From assembly GCA_900767415.1 (NCBI GenBank), contig CAAFYZ010000031.1, forward strand, positions 22,082 through 86,081: DNA of 64,000 bases, in the 5' to 3' direction. The translations under genes and the position numbers were made by a program. Position 1 is the stretch's first letter; each line of letters begins with the position of its first letter. This DNA comes from Clostridia bacterium (GTDB lineage Bacteria > Bacillota > Clostridia > Oscillospirales > CAG-272). The notes beneath the pieces were generated by a model. That model was given only the letters and a program-made list of their open reading frames with translations, searched no databases and was not told the DNA's origin. Below are positions 10,446-19,263 of this stretch, piece after piece.

Positions 10446-10684
10446 GCCGTCTCACCTCCCTCGTCGGGGCGGACCTCGATATTCGCCGCGTCCTCGCGGC
10501 GCAGGGTCAGTTCATAGTCGCGCAGATGGATCTCCATCGGGTCGCCGAGCGGGGCGATCTTCATCATTGTCACGCGGGTGCGCGGCAGGATTCCCATGTC
10601 GAGAAAGCGGAAACGCAACTCTCCTTCGCCGCCCACCCGGGTGATGACGGCGCTTTTCCCGACCGGCAGTTTATCAAGTGTCAT
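10442..10684 (-). CDS. feoA: FeoA family iron transport protein
   Basis: MTLDKLPVGKSAVITRVGGEGELRFRFLDMGILPRTRVTMMKIAPLGDPMEIHL is a typical FeoA SH3-like domain. I chose the internal ATG at 10684 (GGAG 6 nt upstream) over the track start at 10759. Confidence 0.85.
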   Translation of the reverse strand: MTLDKLPVGKSAVITRVGGEGELRFRFLDMGILPRTRVTMMKIAPLGDPMEIHLRDYELTLRREDAANIEVRPDEGGETA

Positions 10685-10779
10685 AAGTTTCTCCGTAAAT
10701 ACGGGAAGGCGGCTTTTGCGGCGCGCTCCCCGGTTTTTTGCCGCTGTGACAGTCGGCACATCGGTTTTCTACGAAAAAC

Positions 10780-10808
10780 AGTATAGCAAAACGCACTCTC
10801 CCTGTCAA
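10780..10808 (-). promoter_or_regulatory. Sigma-A-type promoter for feoAB
   Basis: On the minus strand: TTGACA (10808-10803), 17-nt spacer, TATACT (10785-10780). Confidence 0.6.
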
Positions 10809-11018
10809 GAGAAAAAGGCAAATTTTTCGTTTTCGCGGGGAGGGAAAAGCGAAAATATTCACGAAAAAAACGCCGCTTTTTTGTCCATATTCACAAGAGG
10901 AAAAATCTTCTGCCCGAAATTATCGGAAGGGAAGGTACAGAGGGTGAAAAAATGAACAAAAACACCCCTCGTTTTTCGTGCATTTGTAACAGACAGCGAA
11001 AAAATATTTTCGTAAAAA

Positions 11019-11067
11019 AATACTATATCTTGATATTTCCCCTTGACAAACTCACAATATGTGGTAT
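11019..11067 (+). promoter_or_regulatory. Candidate tandem NrdR boxes
   Basis: Two partial palindromes, ATACTATATCTTGATA (about 11020-11035) and TCACAATATGTGGTA (about 11052-11067), lie 32 bp apart. The second overlaps the spacer and -10 of the nrdD promoter. Each matches roughly 10-11 of 16 positions of the acaCwAtATaTwGtgt consensus as I recall it. Confidence 0.4.
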
Positions 11068-11070
11068 AAT
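11043..11070 (+). promoter_or_regulatory. Sigma-A-type promoter for nrdD
   Basis: TTGACA (11043-11048), 16-nt spacer, TGgTATAAT extended -10 (TATAAT at 11065-11070). Confidence 0.65.
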
Positions 11071-11175
11071 AGGGATAGTCGCCGCTCGGAGCGGAGACGG
11101 AAAAACACGAGGGAGCGCGAGGAAAAAAACACGCTCTTCCATTCTATTATATGCACGCTGACAGGAGAAAAGACG

Positions 11176-13350
11176 ATGAAACTCATCAAGAGAAACGGTT
11201 CGGAAGCCGTCTTTGACCGCGAGAAGATCGCGGCGGCGGTAACAAAAGCGAACGAGGCGGTCGAGGAGGCGGACAGACTCCCCGTCGAGACGGTCGAAGA
11301 GATCGCCCGCAATGTGGAGACGCAATGCAAAAAGATGAAGCGCTCCGTCCACGTCGAGGAGGTACAGGACCTTGTCGAACGGGAAATCATGAAAAAGGGT
11401 GCCTTCGCACTTGCCAAGGCCTATATCACCTACCGCTATAAGCGTGCGCTGGTTCGGAAAGCGAACACCACGGACGAAAAGATTCTCTCCTTGATCGAGT
11501 GCAACAACGAGGAAGTCAAGCAGGAGAATTCCAACAAGAATCCGACGGTCAACAGCGTACAGCGCGATTACATGGCGGGCGAGGTGTCCAAGGACATCAC
11601 GAACCGCCTTCTTCTTCCCACGGACATCGTCAAGGCGCATGAAGAAGGTCTGATTCACTTCCACGACGCGGATTATTTCGCGCAGCATATGCACAACTGC
11701 GACCTTGTCAATCTGGAGGATATGCTTCAGAACGGCACGGTGATTTCGGGCACCATGATCGAGAAGCCGCACAGCTTCTCCACCGCCTGCAACATCGCGA
11801 CGCAGATCATCGCGCAGGTCGCATCGAACCAGTACGGCGGGCAGTCGATCAGTCTGACGCACCTTGCCCCCTTCGTGCAGATCAGCCGCGAGAAGATTCA
11901 GACGAGAGTGCGCGCCGAGCTTGCCGAGGCGGGCGTCTCGGACGAGAAGATCATCGCGAAGATCACCGAAGAGCGTCTGCGTGAAGAGATCCGCCGCGGC
12001 GTACAGTGCATTCAGTACCAGGTCGTCACGCTTCTGACGACGAACGGACAGGCACCCTTCATCACCATCTTCATGTACCTCGGCGAGGCGAAGAGCGAGC
12101 AGGAGAAGGCAGACCTTGCCCTGATCATCGAAGAGACGCTCCTCCAGCGGTATCAGGGTGTCAAGAACGAGGCGGGTGTGTGGATCACCCCCGCGTTTCC
12201 GAAACTGATTTATGTGCTCGAAGAGCAGAACGTACACCCCGACTCGAAATATTACTATCTGACCCGCCTTGCCGCAAAATGCACGGCGAAGCGCATGGTC
12301 CCCGACTACATCTCCGAGAAGATCATGCTGCAGAACAAGATCGACAAAAACGGAGAAGGGCATTGCTATACCTGCATGGGTTGCCGCAGTTTCCTCACTC
12401 CCTACGTCGACGAGAACGGGAAGCCGAAGTATTACGGCAGATTCAATCAGGGCGTCGTCACGGTGAACCTTGTGGACATCGGACTGTCCGCAGGCGGAGA
12501 CATGGAGAAGTTCTGGCAGGTCTTCGACGAGCGCATGGAACTTTGCCACAGAGCCCTGCAGGCACGCCATGAGCGTCTCAGCGGCACGCTTTCGGACGCC
12601 GCGCCGATCCTTTGGCAGTACGGTGCTCTGACGAGACTGAAGAAGGGCGAGACGATCGACAAGTATCTGCACGGCGGCTATTCCACCCTGTCCCTCGGTT
12701 ACGCGGGACTCTGGGAGTGCGTTTATTCGCTGAATCACAAGAAGCTGACCGAGCCGGAGGGCGAGGCGCTCGGGCTTGAGATCATGAAAAAACTCAACGA
12801 GTATACCGCAAAGTGGAAAAAGGCGGAGAACATCGACTATTCGCTTTACGGCACACCGCTTGAGAGTACCACCTACAAGTTTGCGAAGTGTCTGCAAAAG
12901 CGGTTCGGCATCGTCGAGGGCGTGACCGATAAGAATTATATCACGAACTCTTATCACGTTCATGTCACCGAGCCGATCGACGCATTCGAGAAGTTGAAAC
13001 TGGAGGCAAAATTCCAGCTGCTCTCTCCCGGCGGCGCGATCTCCTACGTCGAGGTGCCGGATATGCAGAACAACATCGAGGCGGTTCTCGGTGTCATGCA
13101 GTTTATTTACGACCATATCATGTACGCCGAGCTGAACACCAAGAGCGATTATTGCCAGGTGTGCGGCTACGACGGAGAGATCTCGATCGAGACCGACGAG
13201 GACGGGAAGCTCGTTTGGGAATGCCCGAACTGCCACAACCGCGATCAGTCGAAGATGAACGTCGCGCGCCGTACCTGCGGTTATATCGGTACGCAGTACT
13301 GGAATCAGGGGCGCACGCAGGAGATCAAGGACCGGGTGCTTCACCTGTAA
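11176..13350 (+). CDS. nrdD: Anaerobic ribonucleoside-triphosphate reductase (class III)
   Basis: ATP-cone N-terminus MKLIKRNGSEAVFDREKI, C-terminal Zn ribbon CQVCGY...CPNCH and glycyl-radical motif RRTCGYIG. ATG at 11176 with AGGAGA at 11163-11168; the track start at 11059 is an upstream extension. Confidence 0.95.
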   Translation: MKLIKRNGSEAVFDREKIAAAVTKANEAVEEADRLPVETVEEIARNVETQCKKMKRSVHVEEVQDLVEREIMKKGAFALAKAYITYRYKRALVRKANTTDEKILSLIECNNEEVKQENSNKNPTVNSVQRDYMAGEVSKDITNRLLLPTDIVKAHEEGLIHFHDADYFAQHMHNCDLVNLEDMLQNGTVISGTMIEKPHSFSTACNIATQIIAQVASNQYGGQSISLTHLAPFVQISREKIQTRVRAELAEAGVSDEKIIAKITEERLREEIRRGVQCIQYQVVTLLTTNGQAPFITIFMYLGEAKSEQEKADLALIIEETLLQRYQGVKNEAGVWITPAFPKLIYVLEEQNVHPDSKYYYLTRLAAKCTAKRMVPDYISEKIMLQNKIDKNGEGHCYTCMGCRSFLTPYVDENGKPKYYGRFNQGVVTVNLVDIGLSAGGDMEKFWQVFDERMELCHRALQARHERLSGTLSDAAPILWQYGALTRLKKGETIDKYLHGGYSTLSLGYAGLWECVYSLNHKKLTEPEGEALGLEIMKKLNEYTAKWKKAENIDYSLYGTPLESTTYKFAKCLQKRFGIVEGVTDKNYITNSYHVHVTEPIDAFEKLKLEAKFQLLSPGGAISYVEVPDMQNNIEAVLGVMQFIYDHIMYAELNTKSDYCQVCGYDGEISIETDEDGKLVWECPNCHNRDQSKMNVARRTCGYIGTQYWNQGRTQEIKDRVLHL

Positions 13351-13355
13351 GCGAA

Positions 13356-13386
13356 AAGGGGTTGCCGCATCGGCAGCCCCTTTTTG
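13356..13386 (+). terminator. Rho-independent terminator of nrdD
   Basis: AAGGGGTTGCCG-CATC-GGCAGCCCCTT followed by TTTTTG. Confidence 0.8.
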
Positions 13387-13704
13387 CCCCCAAACTTCCG
13401 CCCGATACCTTCCGACACCGAGCATCAACGTTTCACTCAGCGAAATATTCGTAAAGTCCCGAGGAACGGGCGCGTATCATAAAGTCTCCTTGTATCTGTA
13501 CTCCGGTAAGCCGAAGGATCCGCAAAACTTTAAGAAGCACGGTGCCATACGGAAGGCCTCCCTTGTGTAAAGGGAGGTGTCACGGTAAAACCATGACGGA
13601 GGGATTGTAAACGCCCCATTACCGACACGCAAAAGTTCACTCACCAACGCTGCTTCCGCACCTAAAAAATTTATATGAAATACCAACCGAAAGGAGGACA
13701 GCAC

Positions 13705-14691
13705 ATGAAATTTTCGGGAATTTCCGTCCCGCACGGACTGTTTTTGGCACCGATGGCGGGATTTACCGACCACGCCATGCGCGTCGTATGTAAAAGACAC
13801 GGCGCAGAATATACCGTCACCGAGATGGTAAGCGCAAAAGCCGTCGTCTACGGAGACAAAAAGACCGCCGCCCTTGCGAAAATCGCCGAAGAAGAAATGC
13901 CCTGTGCCCTCCAGCTTTTCGGGAGCGAGCCGGACATTCTCGCCCGCGCGGCAGAGATCATGGCGAAGGGGATTCCGGGCGGTGTCCCCCCGATTGCGAT
14001 CGACGTCAATATGGGTTGTCCTGTCCCGAAAGTGTACGGGAACGGAGAGGGAAGTGCACTGATGCGCGACCCCGAAAAGATCCGTCGGATTCTCCTCGCC
14101 CTGCGCGGTGCGACCGACCTCCCCGTGACGGTCAAGCTCCGTGCGGGCATCGACCCTGCGCATAAAAACGCCGCGGAATGTGCCGTCGCCGCCGAAGAAG
14201 GGGGCGCCGCCCTGATTGCCGTGCACGGCAGAACGAGAAGCGAGTTCTACGGCGGACACGCCGACTGCGCCGTCATCGCCGAAGTCAAACGCGCCGTAAA
14301 GATTCCCGTGATTGCCAACGGAGACATCGCGACGGCGGCGGACGCGCTCTCCGTGCTCCGCGAGACGGGGGCGGACGGCGTGATGATCGGGCGGGGTGCC
14401 GTCGGCAATCCCTTTCTCTTCGCAGAGATCCGCGCCGCACTTGACGGGACGGCGTATCTTTCCCCGTCCAAAGAAGAGCGGGCAGAGACGGCGCTCGCCG
14501 AACTCTCTCTTTCCGTACGGGAAAAGGGCGAGAACTTCGCCGTCCGCGAAGCCCGCAAAAAACTCGCACAATATCTTCGCGGTTTTCGCGGGGCGGCGGC
14601 ACTGCGCGCCGAGATTCACCTTGCCGAAACCGAGGACGAGGTGCGTGCCGCCTTCCGAAAAGCCCTCGCGGCGGAAGAAAACAACGATTAA
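13705..14691 (+). CDS. tRNA-dihydrouridine synthase (Dus family)
   Basis: MKFSGISVPHGLFLAPMAGFTDHAMRVVCKRHGAEYTVTEMVSAKA is the typical Dus N-terminus with a TIM-barrel FMN fold. ATG at 13705 is preceded by AAAGGAGG. Confidence 0.9.
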   Translation: MKFSGISVPHGLFLAPMAGFTDHAMRVVCKRHGAEYTVTEMVSAKAVVYGDKKTAALAKIAEEEMPCALQLFGSEPDILARAAEIMAKGIPGGVPPIAIDVNMGCPVPKVYGNGEGSALMRDPEKIRRILLALRGATDLPVTVKLRAGIDPAHKNAAECAVAAEEGGAALIAVHGRTRSEFYGGHADCAVIAEVKRAVKIPVIANGDIATAADALSVLRETGADGVMIGRGAVGNPFLFAEIRAALDGTAYLSPSKEERAETALAELSLSVREKGENFAVREARKKLAQYLRGFRGAAALRAEIHLAETEDEVRAAFRKALAAEENND

Positions 14692-14694
14692 CCG

Positions 14695-14741
14695 AAAAAC
14701 CGACCGTTTTGCAAACAATGCTTTGCAAAACGGTCGGTTTT
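14695..14741. terminator. Bidirectional terminator between convergent dus and rluA-family genes
   Basis: AAAAACCGACCGTTTTGCAAA-CAATGC-TTTGCAAAACGGTCGGTTTT is a near-perfect ~18-bp stem with A/T runs on both sides. Confidence 0.85.
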
Positions 14742-15645
14742 ATTCGTATTCAGGGAATTCTGAACGGACAAAATCCGGTCGGTAAGAAAAGGACATCGCC
14801 TCTTTTGTCGTCGGGTGCAAAAATCCGAGATGCGCGGCGGCGAGGCGGTAGTGCGCCCCCTCTTTCGGCGTTCCGTAGAGAAAGTCGTCGTCGAGGGGCG
14901 CGCCGATGTGCGCCATGTGCACGCGGAGCTGGTGCGTGCGCCCGGTGAGCGGTGTGAGGGAGACGAGCGCGTTCCCCTCGCGGTTTTTTGCGAGGGTGGT
15001 ATAGAGCGTGCGCGCCGCCTTCCCGTCCTCTCTGACGACGCGGCGAAGAGAACTTTCGCACTCCCTCGCGATCGGGGCGTCGATTTCGCCTTCGGGCGGG
15101 AGGGGAGGACGGGAGGTGACGGCAAGGTACTTCTTTCGGATTTCCCCGCGTGCCATGGCTTCGGAAAGACGCTTCGCACAGAGTGCGTCCTTGGCGATCA
15201 GCACGAGCCCCTCGGTGTCTCGGTCGAGCCGCGTAATCGCACGAAAGACGAAAGGGTGCGGGACAAAATAGGCGGCGACCGCATTCGCGAGGGTGGGCAG
15301 GTGATTGCCGCGGGAGGGGTGCGTCGGCATGGCGGTCGGCTTTTTCACGACGAGAAGGTCGTCGTCTTCGTATACGAGGGAGAGCGGAAGGGGAATCGGT
15401 TCGATGTTTTCGCTTTTCCCTTCGGGAAGAACGATATGTAAGCGGTCGCCCGTGCGGAGGGCGGCGGTCGTAAAAACCGGGATTCCGTCCCGCATGATCC
15501 CGCCGTATTTTACCCGACGGACGAGAGAGGACGAAAAGCCGCGCCGTCTGAGAAAATCTCCGACCGACAGACCGTTTTCCCCGTCTTCGACGAGAAGATT
15601 CAGCGTTTCCGTAAGCACACCCCCTTTTGTCCGATCATACCACAT
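14740..15645 (-). CDS. RluA/RluD-family 23S rRNA/tRNA pseudouridine synthase with S4-like N-domain
   Basis: Motifs ITRLDRDTEGLVLIAK (catalytic Asp) and HQLRVHMAHIGAPLDDDFLYG. Confidence 0.9.
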   Translation of the reverse strand: MWYDRTKGGVLTETLNLLVEDGENGLSVGDFLRRRGFSSSLVRRVKYGGIMRDGIPVFTTAALRTGDRLHIVLPEGKSENIEPIPLPLSLVYEDDDLLVVKKPTAMPTHPSRGNHLPTLANAVAAYFVPHPFVFRAITRLDRDTEGLVLIAKDALCAKRLSEAMARGEIRKKYLAVTSRPPLPPEGEIDAPIARECESSLRRVVREDGKAARTLYTTLAKNREGNALVSLTPLTGRTHQLRVHMAHIGAPLDDDFLYGTPKEGAHYRLAAAHLGFLHPTTKEAMSFSYRPDFVRSEFPEYE

Positions 15646-15682
15646 TTTCTTTCGTCTGTCAACCGTCCTTTTTCTTTCCCCC

Positions 15683-15711
15683 TTGCAAAACGCGAAAAGC
15701 TATGATATAAT
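15683..15711 (+). promoter_or_regulatory. Sigma-A-type promoter for the FAD-oxidoreductase operon
   Basis: TTGCAA (15683-15688), 17-nt spacer, TATAAT (15706-15711) with TGA immediately upstream. Confidence 0.6.
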
Positions 15712-15780
15712 AGGGGGACAGAACCGGAAAATACACGGGAAAGGGAGGGATCCTCAAAAACGGTCCCAACGGAAACAACA

Positions 15781-17208
15781 ATGAAAGATGCAATCATCGT
15801 CGGCGCGGGTGTCGTCGGCGGATTGACGGCGAGGGAACTGACAAAACAGGGACTTTCGGTTACGATCCTTGAAAAAATGTCCGACGTCGCCATGGGAGCC
15901 ACAAGGGCGAACAGTGCGATCGTCCACGCCGGCTATGACGCAAAGGAAGGTTCGCTGAAAGCGAAACTCAACGTGCGCGGCTCGGAGATGATGGAGAAGA
16001 CGGCACAAGAGCTCGGCGTGAGATACCGTCGGTGCGGCTCTCTCGTCGTTGCCTTTGCCGAAGAAGAGAAGGACACGCTCCGTACATTGCTTGCACGCGG
16101 AGAAAAAAACGGGGTCAGGGGTCTGCGGATTCTTTCCCGTGACGAAGTGCTTGCCATGGAGCCGAATATAGGAGACGGCGTCATCGCCGCGCTCTATGCG
16201 CCGACGGGTGCGATTGTATGCCCGTACGAACTCTGCATTGCCGCCGTCGGATGCGCGATGGACAACGGCGCAGAACTTTTGCGTAATTTCGAGGTCACTG
16301 CCGTGGAGAAGATCCAAGACGGCTATCGACTGACTTCCGCCGCGGGCGAGAGCGTCGAGGGGCGGCTCGTCATCAACTGTGCGGGGGCGTATTCCGACGA
16401 GGTCGCGAAGATGGCGGGCGTCGGAACATTCACCGTCCGTCCGAGAAAGGGCGAATATCTTCTGCTTGACAGGGAGTGCGGGGATACCGTCGGCATGACG
16501 ATCTTCCGCTGTCCTTCCAAGATGGGCAAGGGGATTCTCGTGACCCCCACCGTGGACGGGAACCTTCTGCTCGGTCCCACCGCCGTGGATATCGGGGACA
16601 AGGAAGACACCGCGACGGGTGTCGACGGGCTTACCGCCGTGCGCCGTCTCGCCGCCGAACAGGTGCGCGGGATCGACTTTCGCAAGATCATCACCTCCTT
16701 CGCGGGGCTTCGCAGCGTCGGCTCGACGGGCGATTTTATCATCGATATGCCCCTCCCCGGCTTTGTCAACGTCGCCGCGATCGAGAGCCCGGGACTGACT
16801 TCCGCCCCCGCCATTGCCGAATACGTAACGGAACTTCTGAAAAAAGCGGGCGAGACGTTCTCCCCGAAGAAAGATTTCAATCCCCGCCGCGCCCCGGCAC
16901 ACGCCTTCCGCGATGCCACGGCACAGGAGAAGAACCGTATGATCGCCACCCGCCCCGATTATGCGCATATCGTCTGCCGTTGCGAGACGGTGAGCGAGGG
17001 GGAAATCGTCGACGCGATCCGCAGAAATCCCGGTGCCGTCGACGTCGACGGCGTCAAGCGGCGCACCCGTGCCACGATGGGACGCTGTCAGGGCGGTTTC
17101 TGCACCCCGTATATTGCCGGGATTCTCGCGCGGGAACTCGGGATTCCGTATGACGAAGTCACGAAATCGGGCGGCGACTCCCGCCTGAACGTCGGACGCA
17201 CCAAATAA
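15781..17208 (+). CDS. FAD-dependent oxidoreductase, GlpA/glycerol-3-phosphate dehydrogenase-like, with BFD-like [2Fe-2S] domain
   Basis: GxGxxG IIVGAGVVGGLTAREL and C-terminal CRCETVSEGEIVDAI...RATMGRCQGGFC. Confidence 0.88.
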   Translation: MKDAIIVGAGVVGGLTARELTKQGLSVTILEKMSDVAMGATRANSAIVHAGYDAKEGSLKAKLNVRGSEMMEKTAQELGVRYRRCGSLVVAFAEEEKDTLRTLLARGEKNGVRGLRILSRDEVLAMEPNIGDGVIAALYAPTGAIVCPYELCIAAVGCAMDNGAELLRNFEVTAVEKIQDGYRLTSAAGESVEGRLVINCAGAYSDEVAKMAGVGTFTVRPRKGEYLLLDRECGDTVGMTIFRCPSKMGKGILVTPTVDGNLLLGPTAVDIGDKEDTATGVDGLTAVRRLAAEQVRGIDFRKIITSFAGLRSVGSTGDFIIDMPLPGFVNVAAIESPGLTSAPAIAEYVTELLKKAGETFSPKKDFNPRRAPAHAFRDATAQEKNRMIATRPDYAHIVCRCETVSEGEIVDAIRRNPGAVDVDGVKRRTRATMGRCQGGFCTPYIAGILARELGIPYDEVTKSGGDSRLNVGRTK

Positions 17209-17234
17209 AACCCTCTCGGAAAGGAAGACAAAAG

Positions 17235-18509
17235 ATGAAAAAAGACCTTGTCATCATCGGCGGCGGTCCCGCCGGCATGGCGGCGGCGGTCGCGGCATAT
17301 CGCGCCGGTGTCCGCGATCTTCTGATTCTCGAAAGGGAAGAGACGCTCGGCGGCATTCTGACGCAGTGTATTCACAACGGGTTCGGACTTCACCGCTTCG
17401 GCGAAGAACTGACGGGACCCGAATACGCCGCCCGCTACGAAAAAGAAGTCGAAGAACTGAAAATTCCGTATGCCACCGATACGACCGTGATCTCGCTCTC
17501 TCCCGACAAGACCGTGACCGCCATGAACAGCACGCTCGGCGTCTTTACGGTGGAGGCGAAAGCGGTGATTCTGACGATGGGATGCAGAGAACGCCCGAAG
17601 GGCGCGCTGAACATTCCCGGCACCCGTCCCGCCGGCATCTACACCGCCGGCACGGCGCAGAAATTCGTCAACCGCAAGGGGTATCTCCCCGGGCGGGAGG
17701 TCGTGATTCTCGGTTCGGGCGACATCGGACTGATCATGGCGCGCCGTATGACGCTCGAAGGCGCGAAGGTAAAGGCGGTGTGCGAGCTTCTGCCGTACTC
17801 CGGCGGACTTGCTCGCAATATCGAGCAGTGCCTTCACGACTTCGGCATTCCCCTCCGTCTTTCCACGACCGTCGTGGAGATTCACGGTCGGGAGAGACTG
17901 GAGGGCGTGACGGTCGCATCCGTCGACGCCGATCGCCGTCCGATCGACGCCACGAGAGAATACATCCCCTGCGATACGCTCCTTCTGTCCTGCGGACTGA
18001 TCCCCGAGAACGAGCTGACGCGCGGTGCCGCCATCGCCATGGACCCCGTCACCGGCGGTGCCGTGGTGGACGAGAACCGCGAGACCGACCTTGACGGCGT
18101 GTTTGCCGCGGGGAACGTGCTGCACGTGCATGACCTTGTCGATTACGTCTCGGAAGAGGCGGAGATCGCGGGTCGCGCCGCCGCACGCTATCTCGAAGGG
18201 GAAAGACGGGCGGATACGCCGATCACCGTAAAGGCGGACGGCGGAGTGCGCTACACCGTCCCGCGAAAGATCGTCGGACGGGACGCCGTAAAGATCTTTT
18301 TCCGCGTCGGCGACGTGTATCGCGACAAGGAGATTCTCGTCCTGGACGGGGATCGTGTCCTCTTCTCGCGAAAAGCAAAAAAACTCGCCCCGGGTGAGAT
18401 GGAGACCGTTACGATCTCCAAAGACAAGATCGCTTCCGTGACGAGCGGCGAGATCCGCATCACGCTCCGCGACCTTGCCCCGGAGCAAAAAGCCAAAGAA
18501 AGTAAATAA
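17235..18509 (+). CDS. NAD(P)/FAD-dependent pyridine-nucleotide-disulfide-type oxidoreductase
   Basis: VIIGGGPAGMAAAVAAYRAG and a second Rossmann motif VVILGSGDIGLIMA. This is the usual partner of the preceding gene in Clostridia. Confidence 0.88.
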   Translation: MKKDLVIIGGGPAGMAAAVAAYRAGVRDLLILEREETLGGILTQCIHNGFGLHRFGEELTGPEYAARYEKEVEELKIPYATDTTVISLSPDKTVTAMNSTLGVFTVEAKAVILTMGCRERPKGALNIPGTRPAGIYTAGTAQKFVNRKGYLPGREVVILGSGDIGLIMARRMTLEGAKVKAVCELLPYSGGLARNIEQCLHDFGIPLRLSTTVVEIHGRERLEGVTVASVDADRRPIDATREYIPCDTLLLSCGLIPENELTRGAAIAMDPVTGGAVVDENRETDLDGVFAAGNVLHVHDLVDYVSEEAEIAGRAAARYLEGERRADTPITVKADGGVRYTVPRKIVGRDAVKIFFRVGDVYRDKEILVLDGDRVLFSRKAKKLAPGEMETVTISKDKIASVTSGEIRITLRDLAPEQKAKESK

Positions 18510-18525
18510 AAGTAGGGAAAACGGT

Positions 18526-18891
18526 ATGAAAGAACGGATTCTTACCTGTATTGTATGCCCCCGCGGTTGTGAAATCACCGTTTCACTCGGAGACGACGGC
18601 AGTGTCTTTGAGATTCGGGGGAACGCCTGCCCGCGCGGCAGTGTCTATGCCGAGCGGGAATGTACGCATCCCGAGCGCACCGTGACGACCACCGTCCGCT
18701 GTGCGGACGGCGGCGTCGCAAGCGTCAAGACGAGCACCCCGGTTCCGAAGGACAGCGTCTTTGCCGTGATGGAGGCGGTCGCCGCCGTGACGGCACCCGA
18801 CACGCTCTCGGTCGGAGACACGGTGATCGAAAACGTCGCGGGCACCGGGGCGGATCTTGTCGCGACGGAGAACCGCCGCCCCGCAAAATAA
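18526..18891 (+). CDS. DUF1667 domain protein (third member of the GlpA-like trio)
   Basis: MKERILTCIVCPRGCEITVSL...GNACPRG Cys motifs. ATG at 18526; the track start at 18475 overlaps the upstream gene. Confidence 0.85.
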   Translation: MKERILTCIVCPRGCEITVSLGDDGSVFEIRGNACPRGSVYAERECTHPERTVTTTVRCADGGVASVKTSTPVPKDSVFAVMEAVAAVTAPDTLSVGDTVIENVAGTGADLVATENRRPAK

Positions 18892-18904
18892 CGCCGCCGT
18901 CGGC

Positions 18905-19096
18905 TTATTTTTCCGGAGACGTCTCTCTTTTCTTCGTGCAACGGCAGATGAGCTGTTTTAACTTCTGCCTGCCGCACTCGAGCATATTCTTCGATGCGCC
19001 GACGAGACTTCCGATGCCGATGACGGTGAGAGTACCCGCCATCAGGCAGAGGATCGGATGCTTCTTCTTTTTACGCTCCGGTTTTGAAAAGAACAT
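18905..19096 (-). CDS. Small basic membrane protein (63 aa), unknown function
   Basis: Strong RBS GGAAAGGAGGAAAT immediately upstream of the ATG at 19096. One hydrophobic helix ILCLMAGTLTVIGIGSLVGA flanked by a K-rich N-terminus, with a C..C.C-containing C-terminus. Confidence 0.55.
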   Translation of the reverse strand: MFFSKPERKKKKHPILCLMAGTLTVIGIGSLVGASKNMLECGRQKLKQLICRCTKKRETSPEK

Positions 19097-19263
19097 ATTT
19101 CCTCCTTTCCGCGGTCTATGGGATCTTGTGCACCCGCTTTTACGGGTGTGCCGATCCGACCGGGATCAAAATTCCGGTCTTATCTTTCCCGCCGCGGCGC
19201 GGACTATACGAAAATCGAGAAATCGAAAAACAACCGAAACCATGATAAGAAAGGATAACCGCT

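Noticed and set aside
10685-10900. A Fur box upstream of feoAB.
   Set aside because: Only weak AT-rich fragments such as GTGAATATTTTCG are present. Nothing resembles a 7-1-7 or 19-bp Fur palindrome closely enough to call by eye.
13387-13704. Identity of this gap as SRP RNA, 6S RNA, RNase P RNA or tmRNA.
   Set aside because: The conserved cores I know are absent on both strands: GGAA-tetraloop domain IV GUCCGGAAGGAAGCAG for SRP, GAGGAAAGUCC for RNase P, and a tRNA-like end with tag ORF for tmRNA. It is kept only as an unassigned structured region.
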